From: a candidate division FCPU426 bacterium
GTDB taxonomy: Bacteria; Oederibacteriota; Muellerivitia; Muellerivitales; Muellerivitaceae
Length of the DNA stretch: 64,000 bases
Reading direction: 5' to 3'
NCBI GenBank assembly: GCA_963719085.1
Contig: CAVRAL010000001.1
Location: 204,096 to 268,095, forward strand
Shown here: piece by piece, positions 32,780 to 41,602 of the stretch
How the letters are laid out: each line of letters opens with the position of its first letter
How positions within the stretch are numbered: the first letter of the stretch is position 1
Notes under the pieces: generated by a model
What the model was told of the DNA's origin: nothing
Databases searched by the model: none
The model's input: the letters and a program-made list of their open reading frames with translations, nothing else
Position numbers and translations under genes: made by a program

Positions 32780-34204
32780 GTGCGCGCCATGAAACCATCG
32801 CTTTTAATCGTGGATGATGAAGAAAGTGTCCGGGAATCCTTCCGCCTGGCCCTTCAAGACGACTATGAGCTGACCTTCGGCGAGGATTCCAAAAGCACCC
32901 TGAACATCCTCAAGACCAAAGTTTTTGACTTGGTTTTGCTCGATATCATGCTGCCGGACGGCTCGGGCATGGATCTTTTACGCCAAGTCAAGCGGCGGGG
33001 CGAAAGCATGGAAGTCATCATGGTCACGGCGCTTCAAAGCATCGACACGGCCCTGGAGGCCATGAAGTGGGGCGCTTACGATTACATCACCAAGCCTTTT
33101 AAAATTGAGGAACTTTACGAGATCATCAAACGCGTCTTGAATAAGCGGGACCTGGAACGCGAAAACGCTTTTTTGCGCGGGGAAGTGTACCATCCCAAGC
33201 CGGTGAGTCTGATCGGGCAAAGCAAATCCCTACAGGAAATGTTGAAAAAAATCGAGAACGCGGCCAAGACCGATATGCCGGTTTTGGTCAAGGGGGAGAT
33301 CGGGTCGGGCCGGCAGGAAGTGGCGCGCCAGATCCACCATTCCAGCGCCCGGCAGAAGAAGCCTTTCATTACCGTGCATTGCGGAAGCATCGCCAAGGGC
33401 CAGTTTGAAAGCGAGCTTTTCGGTTTGGAACGCCAGGACGCCCGGGGACGCACCTCGCCCCAAATCGGCCAGTTGGAATTCGCCAACGAAGGAACCCTTT
33501 TTCTGGAGCAGGCCGACCGGCTTCCGGATGAGATACAAGAAAAACTTCTGCGGGTTTTTCACGAGAAAAAAATGACCCGGGCGGATCACGCGGTCACCAT
33601 CCCCTTGGATTTAAGGGTCATCGCTTCCATGGATATGGATCCCGAAAACAAGCCCCGGGAAACCGAACTTCGCGGAGACTTTTTACAGTTCCTCAACGGC
33701 TTTCCCCTGGTCGTGCCGTCTTTGCGGGACCGCAAGGAAGATATCCCTGAATTGATCGAGCATTATCTCAAGCAAGTCAACCGCAAGGCCCGCATGACGG
33801 TCAAGACCATCTCCAAAGAGGCCGTGCAGTTTTTCACCCACTACACCTGGCCGGGCAACTTGCAGGAATTGGAAAACAGCATCGAGATGATGGTGCTTTT
33901 CGCCGGCCGCGACACCCTGACGCTGGAAGACATTCCCTTGGATATCCTGGTCAAACAGATCGACCTGGCCAAGACCAAGGAAGAAGCCAAACTGTCCCTT
34001 AAACGGGTGAGGCATCAATTTGAGCGGCATTACATCCGCAAGGTCCTGGAGCGCACCCGCGGCAACCAGACCCGTACGGCCGCCACCCTGGGGCTCCACC
34101 GCAATACCCTGATATGGAAATTGAAGGAATTGGACCTGGAAGAGGACTACAAAAAGATCGTCAAAAAGCGCCGGGAGCGTGGACTGGGTTTTAGGAATAT
34201 CTGA
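32780..34204 (+). CDS. NtrC-family response regulator (REC - AAA+ - Fis HTH) with a degenerate AAA+/sigma54-interaction core
   Basis: REC is intact (LIVDDEES, LVLLDIMLPDGSG, KPF). The AAA+ module is recognisable (ESELFG, WPGN..LEN). Walker A is GEIGSGRQ (canonical GESGTGKE). The GAFTGA position reads QDARGR. Walker B is LFLEQA (canonical LFLDEI). Sensor II is NLQELEN (canonical NVRELEN). The C-terminal HTH is AATLGLHRNTLIWKL. The alternative start is ATG 32789. Confidence 0.85.
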   Translation: MRAMKPSLLIVDDEESVRESFRLALQDDYELTFGEDSKSTLNILKTKVFDLVLLDIMLPDGSGMDLLRQVKRRGESMEVIMVTALQSIDTALEAMKWGAYDYITKPFKIEELYEIIKRVLNKRDLERENAFLRGEVYHPKPVSLIGQSKSLQEMLKKIENAAKTDMPVLVKGEIGSGRQEVARQIHHSSARQKKPFITVHCGSIAKGQFESELFGLERQDARGRTSPQIGQLEFANEGTLFLEQADRLPDEIQEKLLRVFHEKKMTRADHAVTIPLDLRVIASMDMDPENKPRETELRGDFLQFLNGFPLVVPSLRDRKEDIPELIEHYLKQVNRKARMTVKTISKEAVQFFTHYTWPGNLQELENSIEMMVLFAGRDTLTLEDIPLDILVKQIDLAKTKEEAKLSLKRVRHQFERHYIRKVLERTRGNQTRTAATLGLHRNTLIWKLKELDLEEDYKKIVKKRRERGLGFRNI

Positions 34205-34365
34205 CAACCCTTGCCGACTTTTTGCCCGAAGCTTTTTCATCCGACTTCGCAGAAAAACCTGCATATAAGTAGAAACGCATAGAAAGCTACGCCGGATGTC
34301 GCAGGAAGAGAACGTGAGGATGCCCGGCATAGCGTAGCGAAGACGGGCAACGGGTACCATGGTCT

Positions 34366-34394
34366 TTGCCGCGCAGCTCCATCTGTGCCATAAT
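34366..34394 (+). promoter_or_regulatory. Sigma70-type promoter candidate for the histidine kinase gene
   Basis: TTGCCG (34366-34371), 17-nt spacer ending in TG, CATAAT (34389-34394). It lies about 40 nt upstream of the TTG start. Confidence 0.45.
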
Positions 34395-34435
34395 CGATTT
34401 TGAAATTAATCCATTCCGGCCGGTGAGAGTGACTC

Positions 34436-35566
34436 TTGGATCGTTTGACCGTATTTCAAGATTTGTTGGACAGTATGCCGTCCGGTCCGTCGCGGCAGGC
34501 CGCTGATTTTTCTTCCGCTGAGAAAATTCTCCAAAACCACTTGGGCTTGTCCCAGGTCCATTTTTTCAAGGCCCATCCGGAAGGATTGGCCTCCCATTCT
34601 GAAAGCGCTTTGAAGCGACTTTGGATTCCCCTCTCGAGCGCCCCTTACCGGCATTTGATGAAGACCCGTAAGAGCTGGGAAAGCCAACCGGCCCGGGGGG
34701 ATTGGGCCCTGCTGGTTCCGGTCCTTTCCGGCGACAGGCTTTTGGGCGCCATTGGTTTGGGCCCCAAGAAAAACAAAAAGCCTTTTTCCCGGGACGAGAA
34801 GGCTTTTTTAGGACTGGTCGCTTTTTTCCTGCGGGAACCCTTGGAAGCCCAAGCTCTTTGGACCCAAGTGGGCCGGCTCAACCGCCAGGCGGCCTTGGGG
34901 TTCGTTTCCGGCATGCTGGCCCACGAGATTCGAAACCCCCTGACCGCGCTTCAAACTTTGCTTCAATTGTTTCCCCAAAAATCCGGGGATGAAAAGTTCC
35001 GGATGGATTTTCAACGGATCGTACTGGGCGAGGTGGAGCGGCTCCAGTATCTCTCGGAAAATTATCTCTCCTGGCTCAAGGCCGAACCCGCGCAAGAACA
35101 GGTTCTTGACCTCAATCCGGTGGCGGCCCGGGCGGTCGAGTTTTTAAAACCGCTCTTTAAGGCCAAGGGCGCCGAAATTTTGTTGAAGACCCAGGGGCCG
35201 GTTTGGATCCGGGCCGGGGCTTTTCAATTGGAAAGCCTTCTTTTGAATTTGGCTCAGAACGCCTATCACGCTTTGCCTGAGAAAAAAGGAAAGGTCGCGA
35301 TCGCCGTCGGCCGCTCGGTCCGGGTCAAGGGGCGGCCGGGCGCCTGGGCGGAGATTCAGGTTTCGGATAATGGCCGGGGAATTCCGAAAGCGAATTTGAA
35401 AAAAATATTCGATCCCTTTTTCACCACCCGGCCGGACAGCGCCGGATTGGGGCTCCTGATTTGCCGGCAGATCGTGGAAATGTTCCAGGGATTTTTGACC
35501 GTCGCCAGCCGGCCGCGGGGAAAGACCGCGTTTAAGGCCTATTTTCCCTTGATTTCCAAGCCTTAA
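34436..35566 (+). CDS. Cytoplasmic sensor histidine kinase (GAF-like N-terminal domain, HisKA, HATPase_c)
   Basis: H-box MLAHEIRNPLTAL. N-box LLNLAQNAYHA. G-boxes DNGRGIP and GLGLLICRQIV. There are no TM segments. The N-terminal LLVPVLSGDRLLGAIGLG segment is GAF-like. TTG start. Confidence 0.85.
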   Translation: MDRLTVFQDLLDSMPSGPSRQAADFSSAEKILQNHLGLSQVHFFKAHPEGLASHSESALKRLWIPLSSAPYRHLMKTRKSWESQPARGDWALLVPVLSGDRLLGAIGLGPKKNKKPFSRDEKAFLGLVAFFLREPLEAQALWTQVGRLNRQAALGFVSGMLAHEIRNPLTALQTLLQLFPQKSGDEKFRMDFQRIVLGEVERLQYLSENYLSWLKAEPAQEQVLDLNPVAARAVEFLKPLFKAKGAEILLKTQGPVWIRAGAFQLESLLLNLAQNAYHALPEKKGKVAIAVGRSVRVKGRPGAWAEIQVSDNGRGIPKANLKKIFDPFFTTRPDSAGLGLLICRQIVEMFQGFLTVASRPRGKTAFKAYFPLISKP

Positions 35567-35642
35567 ATCAAAGCACAATTCCCCATGCAATTTATCCCGA
35601 TTTCTGATAATTTATTGGTCAGATTGTGGGATGGAGGCGCGT

Positions 35643-36218
35643 ATGAAAAAAGAACTTCGATTCCTCATTTTGGAAGATGACGCGGGCTTCCGCAAAATGT
35701 TGGAAGGCGTTTGCGCCGAATTGGGCAAGGTCACCGCTGTTTCCGACGCCGAGGCCGCTTCCAAGCTTTTGACCCAACACACCTTTGATGTGCTTCTGCT
35801 TGATTGGCACTTGAACTCGGACGATTTCAACCGCCGGTTGACCCGGTTTCAGTCCAACGCCTCCCGGATCGCGCTTTTCACCATTCCGAGCTTGGAAGAC
35901 GTGGTTCGGGCCATGAAAATGGGCGCCGCGGACGTTTTTTGGACCACGCAGGAGCCCCGGGTTTTAATTGAAAAAATCAAGAATTGCCTGCGAAACACCA
36001 AAAGTTCCAATCCGTTCAAACACGCTTTTGTTTCCGAATTGGCCGAATCGCTCAGTGAAAAGGCCTTTTTGCAGGAGCTATCCCTTTTCCGGGCCCGCAA
36101 AGAATTTTCCAAAACCTTCATCCAATATCTGTTGGATCAGCCCAATATCCAGAGGGATCGGCTGGCGGGCTTAATGAATGTGAGCCTTCGAACCCTTCAT
36201 CGCTACCTATCGGTTTGA
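35643..36218 (+). CDS. Response regulator: REC domain plus C-terminal Fis-type HTH, with no AAA+ module
   Basis: LILEDD, phospho-acceptor LLLDWHL, ALFT and MKMGA are the REC signature residues. The C-terminal HTH is LAGLMNVSLRTLHRYL. ATG 35643 lies behind GGAGG (35633-35637). Confidence 0.75.
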   Translation: MKKELRFLILEDDAGFRKMLEGVCAELGKVTAVSDAEAASKLLTQHTFDVLLLDWHLNSDDFNRRLTRFQSNASRIALFTIPSLEDVVRAMKMGAADVFWTTQEPRVLIEKIKNCLRNTKSSNPFKHAFVSELAESLSEKAFLQELSLFRARKEFSKTFIQYLLDQPNIQRDRLAGLMNVSLRTLHRYLSV

Positions 36219-36343
36219 CCTTTTGGCCCCCGAAGGGGAGTCAAAAGGCCCTAAAATAAGGGAAAAGAGCCAAAAAGTCCTTGCCAAGACCCCGGCGCTT
36301 TTGTAAGAATACCATCTGGATGCACTAATCCAGGAGGTGGACG

Positions 36344-36619
36344 TTGACTAAGAGCGAATTGCTGGGAAGTTTAGCCAATGACACGGGTTTGAAGAAAAAA
36401 GACGTGGATAACGTTTTGCAGGCTTTGCGTAACACGATTTACAAAACCTTAAAGACCGAACACAAGATCAAGCTCGACGGTTTGGGCGTGTTTCAATTGA
36501 AAGACCGTAAAGCCCGCCAAGCGCGGAATCCTCGCACGGGCGAGATGGTCAATGTGCCGGCTAAGAAAGTCGTTAAATTCCGTGTTTTGAAAGATTTGAA
36601 AGAAGCCGTTTTATCATAA
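36344..36619 (+). CDS. HU/IHF-family nucleoid-associated DNA-binding protein
   Basis: 91-aa ORF. GLGVFQLKDRKARQARNPRTGEMVNVPAKKVVKF is the HU beta-arm signature. TTG start 6 nt after AGGAGG. Confidence 0.92.
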   Translation: MTKSELLGSLANDTGLKKKDVDNVLQALRNTIYKTLKTEHKIKLDGLGVFQLKDRKARQARNPRTGEMVNVPAKKVVKFRVLKDLKEAVLS

Positions 36620-36643
36620 TCCAGGCTTTTTGAAGCTTTTCCA

Positions 36644-36679
36644 AGCATCCTGTCAAATTGGCAGGGTGCTTTTTTATTT
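36644..36679 (+). terminator. Rho-independent terminator after the HU gene
   Basis: An 11-bp stem, AGCATCCTGTC (36644-36654) with GGCAGGGTGCT (36660-36670), includes two G-U pairs. The loop is AAATT. TTTTTATTT follows. Confidence 0.7.
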
Positions 36680-36691
36680 CCCGCCCTTCGA

Positions 36692-38989
36692 TTGAGGAGA
36701 ATTCTTCCATTGAGAAAATCTTTTTTCAAATTCGGCCTTGGAAGCCGGGGAAACCTCATGATGATTTTGTTTTCCGGTTGGTTCCTTTTTGTTTTTATCC
36801 GTTATTTTCAAGATATCCCCAATCCCTTCGCCGTGATTTTTGCCCAGCTTCATTTAGGCCGTTTTGGGCCTTCGGGATGGGCACAACCTTTGGGGGTGGA
36901 GACGGAGTCCTTCATCGCGTTCGCGGTATTCTTCTTGGCGATCCTCAACAGCTGGTGGTTGGGCTCGGTGGTTTGGGAATGGTTAGGGCCGGACAAACAA
37001 AGGGGTTTTGTCCCTTGGGCTTTTGAGCTGGGGTTGGGCGCCTTGGCCTCCAGTCTTTTTTGGATGGGGACGGGTCTCAATCGTTTGTGGTTCCCTTATT
37101 TATTGGCGGCTTTGGGGATTCTAGCCCTAGGGCCCGCTTGGATGAAACTCAAAAGCCGGATGGTCCAATTTCCGAGGACGCTTGCGCGGCCATGGGCGGG
37201 TCCGCCCATGGGCTGGATCCTGACTGGCTTCGTGGGAGTGGCTTTTTTATACGGAGCTTGGGGCTTCCTCCAATGCTTTTTACCCGAAACCTTTTACGAT
37301 TCGCTCAACTACTTTTTGGGCGTTCCCCAATATTGGATTTTTAAACATGGGATTACGGATGAGCCGGGCCATATCCTGGCCAGCTACTTTCATGGCGGAA
37401 CCCTTTATTTTATGGATGGCTTTTATTTTGGCGGGACCGAGGCGGCCAAATTTTTAAGTTTCGGCGCCGGTTTCTTAAGCGCGCTTTTCGTGGGGGCATG
37501 GGTGAAGGAAGAAGCCGGGGCCAATGCCGGATGGGCCGCCTTTGCCCTTACCGCCACTTTCCCGCTTCTTTTTCTAAACGGATGGGCGACCAGGGTGGAC
37601 GGCCTTTTAACCTTTTGCCTGCTTTTGTTCTTTTACGCTTGCCGGCGTTTTTTAAAGGAAACGAGGCCGCGGTTTTTTAAGTCCTGGGGCCTATTGGCGG
37701 CGCTGTTGGCGGGATTCGCCATGACGATTAAGCCGACCGCGGCGGTGGGCGTCGCGGCGATTTTTTTTGTTTCCCTCGGTGACCTTCGCCGGATCAAGGC
37801 GAAGGGCTTTGGAATTTGGATGGCGCTTTTGGGCGTCAGCTTGGCCTTGGTGGCGCCTTGGTTTTTAAAGAACGCCCTCTTTACGGGGAATCCTTTTTTC
37901 CCTTACGCTTTTTCCTTTATGGGCGGCCGGTCCTTTTTCGCCCCTGGCGGCGCCGCGCGCCTTCTTTACGAAAACCAGCAGTTTCTCGCGTTGGGCCCCG
38001 ATTTGAAAAATTGGGTTACTTTTCCTTGGCGGCTTTTGATGCCGGGCTCCGGCGGCAATGGACAATTTATGGGGCCTTTGATCTTGGCCTTTCTGCCCCT
38101 GTGCCTGCCGTTGCTCTTCAAAAAAGGCGAACCGCGATTTTGGGCCGCGACAGCCTTGGTTTACTTGGGGATCGGGTTGTGTCTTTCCCACATGCTTCGG
38201 TTTGTCCTGCCCGCCTTCGCCCTTTTATTCATGGCCTGGGCCGGGTGGGCCGCGCGGGAGAAAGGTTTTTTCGAGAAATCCGTGGCGATTTGGGGATTGG
38301 CGGCCGCCCTTTTGGGGCTGCCTTATTTTTTAGACACCAGCGCCCGTTATTTTGACGGCTGGGGCGTTTGGACGGGCTTGGAAACTAGAAGCCAATACCT
38401 GGCCCGAATGGTCCAAAACCCCTATGAGGACCTGGTGGAATGGACCGACGCTCATTTAGCCCCGGACGCCCGAGTGCTTCTGGTGGGGGATACCCGGGGA
38501 CTTTATTACCGCCGGGATTTTTTGGCGAACTCCGCTTTTGACGAACCCGCGTTGGAAATGATCGCCCGGACTTCGGCCACGCCCGGGGAAATCGCCGAGA
38601 AAGTCAAACGCCTCGGGGTGAGCGACGCTGTCGTGAATATCCCGGAAGGCATCCGGATTTCAGAGGACTACCATCTTTATGAGTTGACGCCCCAGGAATG
38701 GGACCGGCTTAACCGTTATTTGGCGCTCTATTGGAAACCGCTTTATTTCAACCATTTCCGAGCGGTTTACGCGGTTGAGGCTAAGCCGGCGCCGGCGGGT
38801 TCGTCAGTCCTCGGGCCTTTGAATCCTTTTTCTTTTTTCGCGCCGCCCGCCTATGATTTTAGCCGGGCCATGGAGGCTGGAAATTTACCGGCCGCCTTGG
38901 CGGCGGCCAATGCCCAAACCGTTCTTTTTCCCGGGGATCCCTTTTGGGCGGGAAAAAAAGTCTCGGTACTTTCCCGAAAAGGATATTGA
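36692..38989 (+). CDS. Large polytopic membrane protein, GT-C-fold (ArnT/PMT-like) glycosyltransferase candidate, with a C-terminal soluble domain; paralog 1
   Basis: 765 aa with at least 12 predicted TM segments. It has a first-loop acidic motif PETFYDS and a conserved FTGNPFFPY. The C-terminal roughly 230-aa soluble domain contains LVGDTRGLYYRRDFLANSAFD. The family call is tentative. The start is uncertain (TTG 36692 or ATG 36758). Confidence 0.6.
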   Translation: MRRILPLRKSFFKFGLGSRGNLMMILFSGWFLFVFIRYFQDIPNPFAVIFAQLHLGRFGPSGWAQPLGVETESFIAFAVFFLAILNSWWLGSVVWEWLGPDKQRGFVPWAFELGLGALASSLFWMGTGLNRLWFPYLLAALGILALGPAWMKLKSRMVQFPRTLARPWAGPPMGWILTGFVGVAFLYGAWGFLQCFLPETFYDSLNYFLGVPQYWIFKHGITDEPGHILASYFHGGTLYFMDGFYFGGTEAAKFLSFGAGFLSALFVGAWVKEEAGANAGWAAFALTATFPLLFLNGWATRVDGLLTFCLLLFFYACRRFLKETRPRFFKSWGLLAALLAGFAMTIKPTAAVGVAAIFFVSLGDLRRIKAKGFGIWMALLGVSLALVAPWFLKNALFTGNPFFPYAFSFMGGRSFFAPGGAARLLYENQQFLALGPDLKNWVTFPWRLLMPGSGGNGQFMGPLILAFLPLCLPLLFKKGEPRFWAATALVYLGIGLCLSHMLRFVLPAFALLFMAWAGWAAREKGFFEKSVAIWGLAAALLGLPYFLDTSARYFDGWGVWTGLETRSQYLARMVQNPYEDLVEWTDAHLAPDARVLLVGDTRGLYYRRDFLANSAFDEPALEMIARTSATPGEIAEKVKRLGVSDAVVNIPEGIRISEDYHLYELTPQEWDRLNRYLALYWKPLYFNHFRAVYAVEAKPAPAGSSVLGPLNPFSFFAPPAYDFSRAMEAGNLPAALAAANAQTVLFPGDPFWAGKKVSVLSRKGY

Positions 38990-38992
38990 TCA

Positions 38993-41389
38993 ATGAAGGA
39001 TGAGAGTGAGAAGTCACCGTCGCCGGCGGGAGCCCGGCCGGCCTGGATTTTGATTTTTCCCTTGGGTTGGGCCCTTGTCGTTTTTTTTAAATACTTCCAT
39101 TATTTTGGTCTTTATCTGCCTAATGGGCCGCGCCTTTTCAGCGCCGCCCCATGGCCCGAGGCGGAATTCGCCGGCCGGTTGCTGATATGGGGCCAATCGC
39201 TTTGGATCTTATTTTGCGCCGCCGCTTTGATGGGGGTGATCCTCGCTTGGGGAAGCCGGTCGCGGCGGTGGTTGGGGCTTGGGGTGGAAGATCCTTGGAT
39301 GCGGGCCGCCTTGAATTTTGGTTTTGGCATTTTGGGGTTTGATCTTTTATGGCTGGGAACCGGGCTTGCCCATTTGTGGTGGACCCCGCTGTTGGCGGTG
39401 GTATTGGCGGCCGCCGCGGGGGTCGCTCTTTGGGACTGCGCCCGCGCGGCGCGGGAAAGGAGCTTTTCTTTCCCGGTTTTTTGGCCCCGGGGGCAGTGGG
39501 CTCTCGCGGGAATCGCCTTCGTTTATCTGGCGCTGGTCTGGGGTCATGGCCTGGCCCCCGAGACTTTTTATGATTCGATGGTTTATCACTTGGCGGTCCC
39601 TTCGGATTGGCTGTTGCGGCATCAAATAACCGACAATCCCGCGAACTTTTTTTCCAACTATCCTTATGGCGCCGAGCTCTTTTTTTTAAACGGCCTTTTC
39701 GTTCAAGGGACGGAGACGGCCAAGTGCCTGCACGCGGGGGCCTTCCTCTTTTGCGCCCTGGCGGCCGGGGGGTGGGCCCGGGAAATCGCGGGGCCCCAAG
39801 CCGGATGGCTCACCCTGGGGATGGCGCTTACCCTGCCGCTTCTGGCCTTGAACGCCTCCACAACCCAGGTCGAAGGCGTATTGTCCCTCTTCACCGTCCT
39901 TTTTCTTTACGCGCTTTGGAAAGCGTTCAGCGGGAAAACCACGGAAGCGGGATGGGTTTGGGCCTTCGGTCTTTTGGCGGGAGCCGGTCTTTCGGTTAAG
40001 TACACGGCCGCGGTGGGTCTTTTGGGAGGGCTGCTGGGGCTGGGCCGGGGAGCTTTTCAAAAATCAAAATTGACCGCTTGGTTTTGGGCCGGGGCGGGCG
40101 CGCTCCTGGTTTTGGGCCCTTGGCTAGTTAAAAATTTCTGTTTTACCGGCAATCCGTTTTTTCCTTATCTCGCCCATTGGCTCGGGGAAAACCGGCTTTC
40201 GGACGGGGGATACGCCAGGCTTTTGGCCGAACAGCGGGCCTTCGACATCGTCCATGGATGGTCCTGGTTGACCCTGCCTTGGCGGCTGATTATGTCCAAT
40301 CCGGATGGCTACAATTTCGCCGGGCCCTTGGGCCTGGCGCTTTTGCCCGCCCTTTTTTTCAAGCAGTTCAAGGATCCGGTCCTTGGTTTTTGGGCCAGGT
40401 CCACCGGGTTTTATTTCGCGGCCGGTCTCTTGATCACCCACATCCTTCGTTTTATGGCGCCCGCCTTCATCGTGTTTTATATTTTAGCCGGCGCTTTTTT
40501 CGCCGGCGCCGGAAGGGGCTGGGCGCGGACTTTAAGTTGGGGGGCGGCCCTTTGCGCTTTTCTTTGTTTTTTTTATTTGGCCTCCATCAGCGTCTTTTAC
40601 TACGCTTGCGGGGGGATTTGGTGGGGGAAGCAGACGCGCGCGGATTATCTTCAAGGACCGGGAAAGATCACCCCTTACGCTTCCATGGCGGATTGGGTTT
40701 CTAAAAACCTGCCGCCGGAGTCCCGGCTTTTAATCGTGGGGGACGCCCGGGGGCTTTATTACGACCGGCCTTTTTTGGCCAATTCGGTTTTTGACACCCA
40801 GGTTTTGGCCCGGGCGGCCGAAGCGCAAAAAGACGCGCCCGGCATCCGGTTGGCGCTTTTGAAACTGGGCGTGACCCATTTGGCGGTCAACGGCCCGGAA
40901 GGGGTGCGGGTTTCGTCCGATTATCACCATTACGATTTGACCCCGGAAGCTTGGGCGAGGCTGGACGATTTTTTCAAGACCCAAACCACGCTGATTTACG
41001 ACCGGAAATTCCAGAGCGTCTATGCTTTAAGGCCGCCGGCGGCCATGCCGAACGTCGAGCCCATGCCGATCCTGTTTTTTACCGCCCCGGGCAAGAGCTT
41101 TATTGAGGACTACCAGCGTCAAAATTGGGCGGCGGCGGATCAGGCGCTGGACCAGGCGCTGGCGCTTTACCCGGCTTGTGTTTTTTGGTGGGAACAAAAG
41201 GCCGTGGTCGCGTCCCGATTGGGCAAGAATCCCGAGTCCGAAAAGCTTTTTGAAAAGGCGGCCGGAATGGGCGATTTAACCCCGGAAGGCTATCAACAAT
41301 GGGCCCAAAACGCCGAGGCAGGGGGTTGGGGGACAAAAGCTTCGAGGATTTTGGCGCGGGGCCGCAAGCTTTATCCCGGACAGTTTTAA
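38993..41389 (+). CDS. Large polytopic membrane protein, GT-C-fold glycosyltransferase candidate with a C-terminal TPR-like tail; paralog 2
   Basis: 798 aa, collinear with the upstream gene. Shared motifs are PETFYDS, GTETAKCLH (paralog 1 has GTEAAKFLS), FTGNPFFPY, LPWRLIM, HILRF and IVGDARGLYYDRPFLANSVFD. The extra C-terminal helical repeats look TPR-like. Confidence 0.6.
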   Translation: MKDESEKSPSPAGARPAWILIFPLGWALVVFFKYFHYFGLYLPNGPRLFSAAPWPEAEFAGRLLIWGQSLWILFCAAALMGVILAWGSRSRRWLGLGVEDPWMRAALNFGFGILGFDLLWLGTGLAHLWWTPLLAVVLAAAAGVALWDCARAARERSFSFPVFWPRGQWALAGIAFVYLALVWGHGLAPETFYDSMVYHLAVPSDWLLRHQITDNPANFFSNYPYGAELFFLNGLFVQGTETAKCLHAGAFLFCALAAGGWAREIAGPQAGWLTLGMALTLPLLALNASTTQVEGVLSLFTVLFLYALWKAFSGKTTEAGWVWAFGLLAGAGLSVKYTAAVGLLGGLLGLGRGAFQKSKLTAWFWAGAGALLVLGPWLVKNFCFTGNPFFPYLAHWLGENRLSDGGYARLLAEQRAFDIVHGWSWLTLPWRLIMSNPDGYNFAGPLGLALLPALFFKQFKDPVLGFWARSTGFYFAAGLLITHILRFMAPAFIVFYILAGAFFAGAGRGWARTLSWGAALCAFLCFFYLASISVFYYACGGIWWGKQTRADYLQGPGKITPYASMADWVSKNLPPESRLLIVGDARGLYYDRPFLANSVFDTQVLARAAEAQKDAPGIRLALLKLGVTHLAVNGPEGVRVSSDYHHYDLTPEAWARLDDFFKTQTTLIYDRKFQSVYALRPPAAMPNVEPMPILFFTAPGKSFIEDYQRQNWAAADQALDQALALYPACVFWWEQKAVVASRLGKNPESEKLFEKAAGMGDLTPEGYQQWAQNAEAGGWGTKASRILARGRKLYPGQF

Positions 41390-41417
41390 TCTTAAAGACG
41401 GTAACAAAACATTTTTT

Positions 41418-41532
41418 CACCGCCAAGACGCCAAGGACGCCAAAAACAAAGAAAGACTAGAAATCCGGCAAAAGGTTTTAAAATCCCCGCTTTTGTTTTT
41501 GTTTTTCTTGGCGAACTTGGCGTCTTGGCGGT
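41418..41532. repeat. CCAAG-word hairpin element (outside the dcw cluster)
   Basis: Left arm CACCGCCAAGACGCCAAGGACGCCAAAAACAAA. Right arm TTTGTTTTTGTTTTTCTTGGCGAACTTGGCGTCTTGGCGGT. The stem is extended by A-tract/T-tract pairing. Confidence 0.9.
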
Positions 41533-41602
41533 AAAAATTGACGTTAATTTTATTTCTGTTGTCGGTTCTTAATATTTCCAAAAAAGATTCAGAGAGGCTT
41601 TC

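Noticed and set aside
36658-37026. An alternative-frame ORF (36658-37026) at the start of the first large membrane-protein gene.
   Set aside because: It overlaps the HU terminator and lies out of frame with the 765-aa ORF. That ORF is validated by its collinear paralog.
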